The notes under the pieces were generated by a model. It searched no databases. It saw only the letters and a list, made by a program, of their open reading frames with translations, and was not told the origin of the DNA. DNA of 64,000 nt, taken from assembly GCA_040954595.2 (NCBI GenBank), contig CM082581.2:372001-436000 (forward strand), read 5' to 3'. The DNA comes from Balanoglossus misakiensis (lineage: Eukaryota; Animalia; Hemichordata). Made by a program: the position numbers and the translations under genes. This document shows positions 26,555 through 38,800 of this stretch, in pieces. Numbering within the stretch: the first letter of the stretch is position 1; every line of letters starts with the position of its first letter.

Positions 26555-29500
26555 TTACCAATCAGAAACAGCCTTCCAAGACTGCGTAGCGCTCTTGTAA
26601 AGTTATTTTTGATTGTTCAAATTCTTTACCATGTCACTGCTGGCATACAATAATCCATATGACCCAGCAACTTTGTATAGATGCACTGACATCAGTGATA
26701 TGCCTTCCAAAGCGCCACACATAGTGTAATTACACATGTTTCATGCTTCTGACACGCTCTACCATTTATCAGGTTCATACACGAAAAAAATTGAGACGCT
26801 ATTTGCCTATGGTAAACACAGAGCATTAATCGTTTGAGTCGCCTTGTGCTCACACACACAAAGTTTATGTATAGGCGCTGAGGCTCAGTCCCAAAGACAA
26901 TGGATTGCAGAGAGGTTTTAATCCTTACACCGGATCAGGTCTGACGGGCAAAGCCGTCTCAAATCTAAGCCGTTCCAGAACCACTATACACCGTCCACAC
27001 ATGTTTTTTTTAAGACAGTATGTGATCTGAGACGTTTCAGAACCGTCTTAATGGTGTGTGTGACCCCCATAATACTTAGACAATATTATCCGAAAATAAA
27101 TATTAGACAAAATCATCCGATAATAAATATTAGCTCAGTCTATGTCCTGGCGCATTTCATCACGACAATAAAATACATAACAAAAGCCCTCACTACGCAC
27201 CCACTCGACTTTTTGCCGGTAAAGCAACTTTTACATGCAGGAGAATTCCACTGGATGAAAATCTGTAACATTTAGCTTTATTTTCAGTATTTTAATTTTG
27301 TGTAAAAATTGCAATTTCTTGTTTAACTCCAAACATCACTTTAATATACATGTAGTACCAAATACTCCAATCATTAACATTGCCTGTGTATGTGTAACGG
27401 CCATTATTATCACTGTTGACAAATGAATTCTAGTTCGGACATGAATTTAAATTTTACACAATAATAATACTGAATATGCACATACATGAAGTGTTGATAA
27501 GCTAAACTCTGGATATTTTGTCATGTTTCTGGAGTTTATACTAGAAACCGCAGCAGATACACAGAGCAATATTACTGAAAACATAGTGAAAAGTTGGAGC
27601 TAATGGAGCAGACAGCGTATTGTTCAGTGCTTGCGTGCCTTTGACTAAGATTATTATTATGTAAATATCACCAACATGTTTTTCATGAATTTCTAGAAAT
27701 ATAGAAATAAATACACTTGACTTATTTTGTCATTTTTTCCTTGCAAACTCCATTGTCATTGAATGTACGTACATGCGTAAACACACCACTGCTTTAAAAC
27801 AAAAAGGTGATGGGTTTCGTATTTATTGCGTTGTATTCAATTGAACGGACATTTTTTTGGGTGGGGGCGGGGAGGTTCATTATTTCACAGCTTTCCCGAA
27901 TAGACTTCTTAGTGCGCCCTCTTGTGGTGACGTGTCTCCTGATAATCGGCCAGATAAAACAAATCATTGAAGTGTACCATCACTCTCGTCACAAAGAAAC
28001 AAAATCCGCCATCGTTCCCGTTTTTAGATAAACATTCACTGTTTCGCCCTTTGGTGAAACACGTTAGGAAAATGTATTTTGAGAATAGTATTTCCCTTTC
28101 GACATTGATACATTTTGTCAACTGATTGGACCGAGTAAATTGTTTGAAACGTAGGGCCCTATGGAGTGTTCGGATTTTAACTTCCTTCAGACCCAAGCCC
28201 CAGAGAGGAAGAAAAGCGCACGTTCTCATGTACACAATGACACAATGGCCACCGCGGAAGATGTCGTCTGCCAACCTCAAGAGAAAATCGCAAGATTTTC
28301 CCAGCTGTTAGCATGAGGTTTATTATAAAACACCTATAGCCTGGCCTATATTCGGGCCATAGCAGCCGTTTTTACCCCCTCGTAACTGTGAGTTACCAGA
28401 ATCATATATCGAGTGGGTGCGTAGTGAGGGCTTTTGTTATGTATTTTATTGTCCTGATGAAATGCGCCAGGACATAGACTGAGCTAATATTTATTATCGG
28501 ATGATTTTGTCTAAGTTGTCTAATATGGGGGTCACACACACCATTAAGACGGTTCTGAAACGTCTCAGATCACATACTGTCTTAAAAAAACATGTGTGGA
28601 CGGTGTATAGTGGTTCTGGAACGGCTTAGATTTGAGACGGCTTTGCCCGTCAGACCTGATCCGGTGTAAGGATGAAAACCTCTCTGCAATCCATTGTCTT
28701 TGGGACTGAGCCTCAGCGCCTATACATAAACTTTGTGTGTGTGAACACAAGGCGACTCAAACGATTAATGCTCTGCGTTTACCATAGGCAAATAGCGTCT
28801 CAATTTTTTTCGTGTATGAACCTGGTAAAAGGTAGAGCGTGTCAGAAGCATGAAACATGTGTAATTACACTATGTGTGGCGCTTTGGAAGGCATATCATT
28901 GATGTCAGTGCATCTATACAAAGTTGCTGGGTCATATGGATTGTTGTATGCCAGCAGTGACATGGTAAAGAATTTGAACAATCAAAAATAACTTTACAAG
29001 AGCGCTACGCAGTCTTGGAAGGCTGTTTCTGATTGGTAAGGGAGCATTCGTTTTTTACAGGGAGGGGGGGGGGGGCGGTGGAAATCAGGGGGGGGGGGGT
29101 TTACTTTTACAAAGCAGTTTTTAGGGGGGGGGGACAAATTTTATAATCAATGGTTTGGGGGGGACAATTTTTACAACAGATTTGTATGGAATTATAGCAA
29201 AAAACAACAGAATTGACCGTAAAGTATATAAAATAGAATACGAACATGTCTTTACTCTGTGTGATCAGGTGACAACAAGTACACTTTTGATCACAAAAAT
29301 AACATTTTCAGGCTGTATCATGGCAATGTACAGAAACAGTGAACTATGTGAGCTGAAAGTTTCTGACCTAGACATGTACATGAACAGACATAAATTGACA
29401 ACAGAGAAAAAGATGCTGAAAAAAAGACAAACTGAAAATAGTTGAAGCGCACATTGGCCGGAAACTGTGTCAAACAACTCTGGAAAGTCTCAGAGTAAAC

Positions 29501-30551
29501 CATGAGAGGGACAAAGAGGAGGATGAGCAGGAGGATGAAGAGGATGACTTGGATGAGGACAGTGAACCAGAAGATGAGCATGAAGTGATAGGTGAACTAG
29601 GTGATTCAGAGGAAAGTGACTCAGAAAGTGATAGCGGCGACATTGAAAATGAAGTCTTTCACGTAAGGCTGCATTCACAAACACCTCTGGAGGGGGGCAG
29701 GAGAATTGAGGGGGGGATTTGAAAAAATTGAGGGTATGTAAGGGGGGATTTGAAATAATTTAGGGACTGAAAGGGGGGGACTTGAAAACATTGACGACAA
29801 AATATTTATTTTGAGTCCATAAAAATGCAGTTTCGCGCCCTTTATTTTACCCACCCCCTCCATTCATCAGCACCTTTCAATCATTGACTGGTTTATCTAG
29901 TGTCCCAGGTCAGGGGATTTGCCCCACCCCATGATAACTTTGAGCGGCGACGGTTAAATTTCTCCTCCCCAACATACGGTAGTTGAGTTAATTTGCTTTT
30001 GCCGGGTTCATTAAAATGCAGTTTTGAGCTCTGTATTTTATAAAATTTTCTTACGTGGGAGGGGGTATCCCCCTCCCACGTAAGAAAATTTTTTCAAAAT
30101 GTTTTCAAGTCCCCCCCTTTCAGTCACACTCCCTTCAATTCTCGGTTTACAATGTCTCCCAACACAGAATACAAATACTTAAAAATAAAAACAATGTTCA
30201 GTGAGGGGGTTCATCAGTTTCAAATTCTTTTCATGGGAGCGCTGTTTTTTCTTTTTTGACAAGATAGATAGGTGATGTGTTTTGCTCTGTGAAAGAAAAT
30301 GGGTGGGGGGGGGGATTTCAAAATTTTGGCAGTTCGGAAGGGGGGATTTGAAAATATTTCGGGTTGTGTACGGGGGGCATGTGAAAATTAGCGGTAAAAA
30401 AAATTGAATTCTCCCGTCCCCCCCCCTCCAGAGGCGTTTGTGAATGCAGCCTAACAAGATCAGGCAGACAATGCACTACTTGGAAATCAAGGAACTATGT
30501 AGACTAGGTTTCATGGTTGATTATGTGGTATGTCGAACATACACCAATATC
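25085..30551. repeat. Large inverted duplication IR1: arms 25085-27208 and 28409-30551, spacer 1.2 kb
   Basis: Arms are reverse complements from gatattggtgtatgttcg to gcacccactcga; mirrored ORF calls (26017+/29318-, 26153-/29155+). Confidence 0.93.
25185..25931 (+). mobile_element. MITE family B (747 bp) nested in MITE-A; TTA TSD
   Basis: tta|ggctgcattcacaaacgcctctggagggg ... cccctccagaggtgtttatgaatgcagcc|tta; inverted copy at about 29667-30451. Confidence 0.9.
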
Positions 30552-33500
30552 AGTGCTCATTTTAAAGCTAAAAGTGACATTTTCAACACTAAATGCAAGG
30601 AAATGTAACTAAATATTTTAATTTTGCAGTCAAAATGCAACACAGTCAGCTCCGAACTGCATTTAAAATCCAAACACATGGTGTTATATTCTTGGTAATA
30701 AGCAAAGATCTGTATCCTATCCACAAAGTATATATCATACACACAGTATTATATTAATGCAGTTTATGAAATTGCTAGAAACATTGTAATATTTGGATGA
30801 TATTTAAAGAAAAGTAATTATATTTATATTAACAGTATGTAAAAGTTACGAAGATTTAGCGTTGAATGATGATGTGATGTCTGTAAGAGCTGTTCCAATA
30901 CATGGTGAGTGAATTTCAAATCCTTTGTTCAATCAACCTTTCTACTGTCCTGTGATTCCAAAAGTAATTGAAATATCATTACACATGTACCTGAATATAG
31001 TGCAGACTGTAAATAGAGCACACTCTGGAAAAGAGTTATGTAATTAATATCTCTATCATGTGAGTGACATCATTTTAAGGGCCACTGACCACCCCACCCA
31101 TGACAATTTGCTAGGGGTGCCAACATCTCAACAGGGGGTGAATCCTTCCAGGCCATGTCGGGTGATTGATTGATTGATTCATTCATTCATTCATTCAGTC
31201 AGTCAGTCAGTTCGTCAGTCAGTCATATTAATTAATTCATTAAGGCATATAAACGATATAGCTAGCCTAATGTTATAGGAATGGTCTAACACCCTTGTCA
31301 TATAAACTTTGGCGAAGCGATCCAAAGCTCAGCTAAGGTAGATGGGGGGGGGGGGGGCCTGAATCACATGCCCCATCATAATGAAAGCTGCTAACCCTCT
31401 TAGAATGATACTAAGGCCTATACGTTGATCGCCCTGTCACACTTGGCTATGTGATCTTGGATTGGAACTGGAGGGATGTGAAAAGCAAGAGGCTTGTCGA
31501 CAATAGTGATGTCAGAAAAATATTTGTTCATCTTTTTACAAAATATTTGTTTCCTCAAATTAAAACTGGTAAAACTAAGCTTGGTTTGTTTTAAATAAAT
31601 AAATAGTTAATTACTAATATACTCCATGGCGCATTGTCTTTTTACATTGCTATCCTCTAGTCTTGAACAATTATGTCATTTTCGTGACCATCTCATGGTA
31701 TTTTTCATTGATATGAAAACATACGCTTGGTTAAAATTCTATAACTGCAGTTATGCTCACTGAGATTTTAGTGAATTGCCACTGTAAACTCATTTCCAGA
31801 CAAATAGAACCTTTTGTCAGAAGTGAGCATTGTGACTAAAAACCCTCTCTTATTGGCATCTAGTTCAGACGGGAGAAGGTTTCATGCAACTGCCTCGCAA
31901 CAGAGATTGCTCTCAAATTCGGCAAAATATATATTGCAGGAGGTAAAAATTCTCAAAACTGTGAACGCAGGCATCTGTTGGCAATGGACAAAATAGTAAA
32001 TGATTTGGGGATAAATGTCAATGTCAATCGATACAAAATTCCATTCACAGCAATGTAAAACACATTATGGGCCCATACCTCACCCCTTTCATGAGTGTAG
32101 TGTCAACAGTGTTCAAAAGTGGCGGGGGGGGGGGGGGGCGGCAACAGACTAATTGAATCAAGTTGGTTGCACTCATACCAGTATATATCAATAGTTGGTG
32201 GAAATCAGAAACTGCCGTTGGTGGCGCAAATTGTGTAACCTGCTTCACCTCAGGTTGGAGATATTGTCTGAACCTGGAGGTAGGCTGCTAGACCTAGCTT
32301 TGTAAACGCAGCTGCACCATTGGGGGTTAGGATATGGGTGGGGGTGGTACAACAGTATATCCCAACCTCCAACGGTGCAGCCGCGTTTCCACAGCCATGC
32401 TAGACCCTGCTCATTTCAGTGGAAAAACATGTTTTGTTGTGGACTTTCAAGTCGTTCTAATGAGAAATACCAATAAAATTATAAAACTACTAAAAACACT
32501 GGCGTTATATTGGCAGACTTCCTGGACCGAGATATGATTCTTGCAGCTGTATTTTGTGTGCGTTGTAGAAGGTTCCGACTGCTTTCTGGTAGACCATACA
32601 GTAATCCATTACCATAGTGGGCCAAGAACTGAACCCTGTGGCACTCCAAAACGAACATGTGATGGTTGACTGGTGGTGATCTTGTGGTGACGTATGTCAT
32701 CAATTTTCTGAATAAAATACTGGTTGAACCGATCTAAATGTTCCGTAGTTGACGTATGATTTGGAAGCTGTCTTGAGTTGCTGAACAATGTTGAAATTGT
32801 CCGGAATAAAGATTTCTGATTTTTGGAATTTTCCTCTATGAGATTGGTGTAGTAGTTGCACTGGTCACTTGGTAGGCTACAAGTGGTAGAGTCGTGTGTG
32901 CGCGCGACTTACACTATAAATTTGCGGAACAGACGGAACGGAATATGTATATGTAGCAGTTTATTGGCATGAATAGTGTAGGCCTACATGATTTTTAAAA
33001 CATGTCCCAGCACAGCGATTTATTCAGAGAAAGTGGAGAAATATTTATATGATAGAAACTGAATAAGTTTGTTGTATGTCAGCTCTTCTGTCTTTCTCTT
33101 ACCGATATGATTCTAACCGGAACACTCAAGCTTAGTAAGGGTAAGAGAAAGGCAGAAGAAGAAAAATGGCTGACCGACAACTTTTTGTATCAAATCCCTG
33201 AATAAATCACTGGGCCCAGGAAAACCACAGCGAGTTTAGAACACTAACATTGAGATCTAACATAATCGACCCATGCTGATGTTTCAAGTGGGCGATCCCC
33301 GGCAATTCCCGGCAATTTCACGATCCCCCCCCCCCACAAAAATCGTGCATTCCAAGGGAATATTACGTCAGTAGATAAATTTTTCTGACTACTTTATTAA
33401 AGCTGTTTCGCCGTTTCACTGTTTCGCAAAATATCACTAGCCGCGCCCTGTGATAAGAGTCTAAGTTTCGTGAAAGACCTCCGCAGTCCACCTTTTTTAT

Positions 33501-35802
33501 CTTAAAAAAGTTTCCATCTTTTTTCTTCACCGGGTCCGGAAATTTTCAGGTCGACACGAACTCTTGGATTTAGTTTATCAGTTTATTTGGAAGCGAGTCG
33601 AAAAAGATTACGCTGTCCAAAACCGTTAAACCCGTGGTACTCGAAACTGTGAATAAACAAAGTGTTAGTATATATACAAGTCTGCCAATATAACGCCAGT
33701 GTTTTTAGTAGTTTTATAATTTTATTGGTATTTCAAAAATGTTGTCCTGTTTTTTTTTTTTTTTTTGTCTTGGAAGTCCACAAACAGAATTTATTACATT
33801 TTCTCAGTGTGAATCTCATTAGAACGACTTGAAAGTCCACAACAAAACATGTTTTTCCACTGAAATGAGCAGGGTCTAGCATGGCTGTGGAAACGCGGCT
33901 GCACCGTTGGAGGTTGGGATATACTGTTGTACCACCCCCACCCATATCCTAACCCCCAATGGTGCAGCTGCGTTTACAAAGCTAGGTCTAGCAGCCTACC
34001 TCCAGGTTCAGACAATATCTCCAACCTGAGGTGAAGCAGGTTACACAATTTGCGCCACCAACGGCAGTTTCTGATTTCCACCAACTATTGATATATACTG
34101 GTATGAGTGCAACCAACTTGATTCAATTAGTCTGTTGCCGCCCCCCCCCCCCCCACTTTTGAACACTGTTGACACTACACTCATGAAAGGGGTGAGGTAT
34201 GGGCCCATAATGTGTTTTGCATTGCTGTGAATGGAATTTTGTATCGATTGACATTGGCATTTATCCCCAAATCATTTACTATTTTGTCCATTGCCAACAG
34301 ATGCCCGCGTTCACAGTTTTGAGAATTTTTACCTCCTGCAATATATATTTTGCCGAATTTGAGAGCAATCTCTGTTGCGAGGCAGTTGCATGAAACCTTC
34401 TCCCGTCTGAACTAGATGCCAATAAGAGAGGGTTTTTAGTCACAATGCTCACTTCTGACAAAAGGTTCTATTTGTCTGGAAATGAGTTTACAGTGGCAAT
34501 TCACTAAAATCTCAGTGAGCATAACTGCAGTTATAGAATTTTAACCAAGCGTATGTTTTCATATCAATGAAAAATACCATGAGATGGTCAGCTAAGGTAG
34601 ATGGGGTGGGGCTGAATCACATGCCCCATCATAATGAAAGCTGCTAACCCTCTTAGAATGATACTAAGGCCTATACGTTGACTAGAGGATAGCAATGTAA
34701 AAAGACAATGCGCCATGGAGTATATTAGTAAGTAACTATTTATTTATTTAAAACAAACCAAGCTTAGTTTCACCAGTTTTAATTTGAGGAAACAAATATT
34801 TTGTAAAAAGATGAACAAATATTTTTCTGACATCACTATTGTCGACAAGCCTCTTGCTTTTCACATCCCTCCAGTTCCAATCCAAGATCACATAGCCAAG
34901 TGTGACAGGGCGATCAACGTATAGGCCTTAGTATCATTCTAAGAGGGTTAGCAGCTTTCATTATGATGGGGCATGTGATTCAGCCCCACCCCATCTACCT
35001 TAGCTGAGCTTTGGATCGCTTCGCCAAAGTTTATATGACAAGGGTGTTAGACCATTCCTATAACATTAGGCTAGCTATATCGTTTATATGCCTTAATGAA
35101 TTAATTAATATGACTGACTGACGAACTGACTGACTGACTGAACGAATGAATGAATGAATCAATCAATCAATCAATCAATCAATCACCCGACATGGCCTGG
35201 AAGGATTCACCCCCTGTTGAGATGTTGGCACCCCCTAGCAAATTGTCATGGGTGGGGTGGTCAGTGGCCCTTAAAATGATGTCACTCACATGATAGAGAT
35301 ATTAATTACATAACTCTTTTCCAGAGTGTGCTCTATTTACAGTCTGCACTATATTCAGGTACATGTGTAATGATATTTCAATTACTTTTGGAATCACAGG
35401 ACAGTAGAAAGGTTGATTGAACAAAGGATTTGAAATTCACTCACCATGTATTGGAACAGCTCTTACAGACATCACATCATCATTCAACGCTAAATCTTCG
35501 TAACTTTTACATACTGTTAATATAAATATAATTACTTTTCTTTAAATATCATCCAAATATTACAATGTTTCTAGCAATTTCATAAACTGCATTAATATAA
35601 TACTGTGTGTATGATATATACTTTGTGCATAGGATACAGATCTTTGCTTATTACCAAGAATATAACACCATGTGTTTGGATTTTAAATGCAGTTCGGAGC
35701 TGACTGTGTTGCATTTTGACTGCAAAATTAAAATATTTAGTTACATTTCCTTGCATTTAGTGTTGAAAATGTCACTTTTAGCTTTAAAATGAGCACTGAT
35801 AT
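30547..35802. repeat. Large inverted duplication IR2: arms 30547-32520 and 33678-35802, spacer about 1.16 kb
   Basis: Reverse-complement arms from atatcagtgctcattttaaagc to tggcagactt; mirrored ORFs (31814+/34279-, 32334+/33733-, 30557-/35607+). Confidence 0.93.
32497..32858 (-). pseudogene. Fragments of an L2/CR1-group non-LTR retrotransposon ORF2, joined by internal deletions
   Basis: Minus-strand translation gives YYTNLIEENSKNQKSLFRTI...DRFNQYFIQKIDDIR, then the RT motif GVPQGSVLGP, then YGNGLLYGLPE...LQRTQNTAARII...ITPV, all characteristic of L2/CR1-group ORF2. Confidence 0.82.
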
Positions 35803-38800
35803 CTATGGAACTAGGAGAATCGTGCTTTCTATTCTACAACAAACAATATTTACATTTAATCAAACAACAGGAGGATATTTGACAGTCAATCAATAAATAT
35901 AACATACATATGAGTTGCATGTACAAAACTAGACACATGTATGTATGTGATATTTAAAGAGACATTAACTGTAACACATGCTCTACCCAGAACTCCACTT
36001 GTCAACATAACCTGTATGTGTGTAACGGCTATTGAAATGAATTCTAGTCCAGACTTGACTTCAAATATAGAATAACAATACTGACTAGACACACCTATAT
36101 TTCATCATGATTCAGGGATTTGAACAAGACACTGCAGTAAATACTTAAAACAAAATTACTGAAAACAAAGTGAAAAGTTACAGCTTATGAAGCTTGAAAT
36201 ATGTTCAGACACAAGTAGAACAGGCAATGAAAACACATTATAAACATTGGGAAAAACACCCAAAGTTACATGTACTACCGGTATCTCTTTAGTGACAAAG
36301 ATGCAACTAAACTAGCATGTATTGTACAACCAATAGTGAAAAGAGTTGAAATGTACATACCAATCTAGGTGGTCCATAGTAGGTCACTTTCTTTGCTGTG
36401 CCTATGTCTCTCAGTGTCAGTGTTAAACCTGTCATAAGACAAACCAAATGATTTATATACATGAATATTCAAATGATGTATTCCTTGGCTGTATTGACAA
36501 ACACACTGTCTACATTCTTGAATACTAGTGTGTTACGTATTGACAGCCAAGATTATACACATGATGACTGACAATGAGGGCAACAGTGTATTTTTGATGA
36601 TCCAGGGCGCTGCTAGTCACAACTAAAACAGACTGGATAAATATTGTTACAGACATGTAAATAAATATTGTTATCTCTTGAATGACTGTGATAACCATGT
36701 TCTATTAGGAAGTGTGTCAGGAACGAAAATAGCAGCCTGTAATTTGAATTGACTGTATATGAGATTAAATTGGATAGCTCGTCTCACGCGCATGCGCGTA
36801 ACTTCCCAGCAAATTTTCCGTTCGATGCATTCAAATAGTGGAATGCCTTCGCTTCCTTCCATATTTCATGCGCACAGTATAGCGTTCGTTAGCAACGTTG
36901 ATCAAGTCGGATTTCCTTCGGCCTGGCTCTGCAAAAGACCCGACACTCTAGTACAAAGACGTTGGCTAAGTCGGGCAAACCGAAGAGGGAAAGTCACAGC
37001 GGTTCAACACTCGACATTTGTTCTGGTAGGACTGCATTATTGCCTGTCAATTTATAGAGAAAGCCCGAATTTAACCAGGGCGCTTCAAACACCGACGTTA
37101 GTTGGGGGCACGGCCTGCAGTACTGCCGGGTAAGCTCACATCGGCGTACGGCATATAATGTAGGGGGGGGGGGGGAAACAGAACGGTTCAATACTACATT
37201 TATTAGATATCAGCTAATTATGGACAATCATCTAAAATCTAAATCATTTTTTCATATTTGGATATCTGATGATGTATGAAATTTCCATTATATGTAAACA
37301 TGGTGCTGATTATAAAAAATGCACTCTGAATGAGCTGATTTAATACAAAATTGCGTTTTATTCGTTTTTGCACCAAAAAGGTCATTTTTAGGCAAAACAT
37401 TCTTTATTTTATTAATTCGATGACCTGATCATATATAAAGAATTGCTTGTATGTTAAAAGTTTTTATGACTTTTAAAAGCAGTGACACTGGCGGCATTCA
37501 ACACGAAAATAACAATTTTAGCCACAATTTGGTCAAAATGGTAAATTTTTGAAAATTACAAAAAATACCTGTTTTCTACATTTTCGGAAATCTGATGGAG
37601 TATAGAATGCTCTTCGTATGTATATATCGATACAAATTCCACAAAAGACCGTCTAATTTGGCTCACTGCAAACAAAATTGCGTTTTACCAAATTTTCCTT
37701 GAAAATGTCATTTTTAGAAAAAAAAAAAAATAAAAAAACCTTTGTTCTTCGAATTTGGTGCCCTGATCATATATGACATGTTGATTGTATGTTAAAACTT
37801 TCGACCACTCCAAAAAAGCAGAGATATTGACGGAATTCAAGAAAAAATAGCAATTTTGGCCATATTTTGACAAAAATGGTAAATTTTTAAAAAATCATAA
37901 AAAATTAACTCTTTTCTTCATTTTCGGAAATATTATGGAGCATGAAGTGTCGTTCTCTTGTAAAAAGTGCTGCAAATTCAAGAAAAGGCGGTATAATTTG
38001 AATCACCCAAGACAAAATTACCATTTTCGACTTTTTTTTCGAAAAATTGTCTTTTTTACAAAATAAATAAGAATAAATTCTTTTCTTAGTTTCAAACGGG
38101 TAGAGATACTTTCCACACGGGTTTTCTAACATTGAATTCCCGTTCATCAACTCAGATTTCCTACAGCATAAGTCGGCTAAAACCCTGACACTCTAGAGCA
38201 GAAACAGTTGCACACTGGTAACGTTGATCATGTCTGATCTCCTACGGCTTGGCTCGACTAAAACCCCGGCACACTATGACAGACACTAGCGTTCGTTAGC
38301 AACGTTGATCAAGTCAGATTTCCTACGGCATGGCTTGGCTAAAGCCCTGGCAGTCTAGAGCAGAAACATTCGTTCAGAGACCACGTTGATCTACTCACAT
38401 TTTCTTCGGCCTGGCACGGCTGATGCCCCGGCACTATATGTAGGACACAGACTGGCGTAAGTTAACAAAGGTAATCACGTCGGGTTTCCTACGGCCTGGC
38501 TCAGCTGAAGCCCCGGCACTCTAGAGCAGAAACAGGCGTACATTGACCACGTTGATCAAGTCAGATTTCCTACGGCGTGACTCGGCTGGTGCACCGGCTC
38601 TATATGACACAGACTGGCGTAAGTTATCAACGGTGATTACGTCGGATTTCCTACGGCCTGGTTTAGCTGAAGCCCCGGCACTTTAGAGCGGAAACACGCG
38701 TACATTGACCACGATGATCAAGTCAGATCTCCTACGGCCTGGCTCGACTAAAACCCCGGCACACCATGACAGACACTAGCGTTCGTTAGCAACGGTGATC

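Noticed and set aside
36950-37200. 5S rRNA, tRNA, snRNA or SL RNA gene as the reason for the 2-kb tandem unit
   Set aside because: No recognisable 5S, cloverleaf, A/B box or Sm-site pattern by eye; not formally excluded without an Rfam scan
37256-37290. Hammerhead-ribozyme-like CTGATGA-tgtat-GAAA in nearly every macrosatellite unit
   Set aside because: No base pair closes stem II, and stems I and III cannot be formed around a valid NUH site; an Infernal/RNAMotif search would be needed to rescue it
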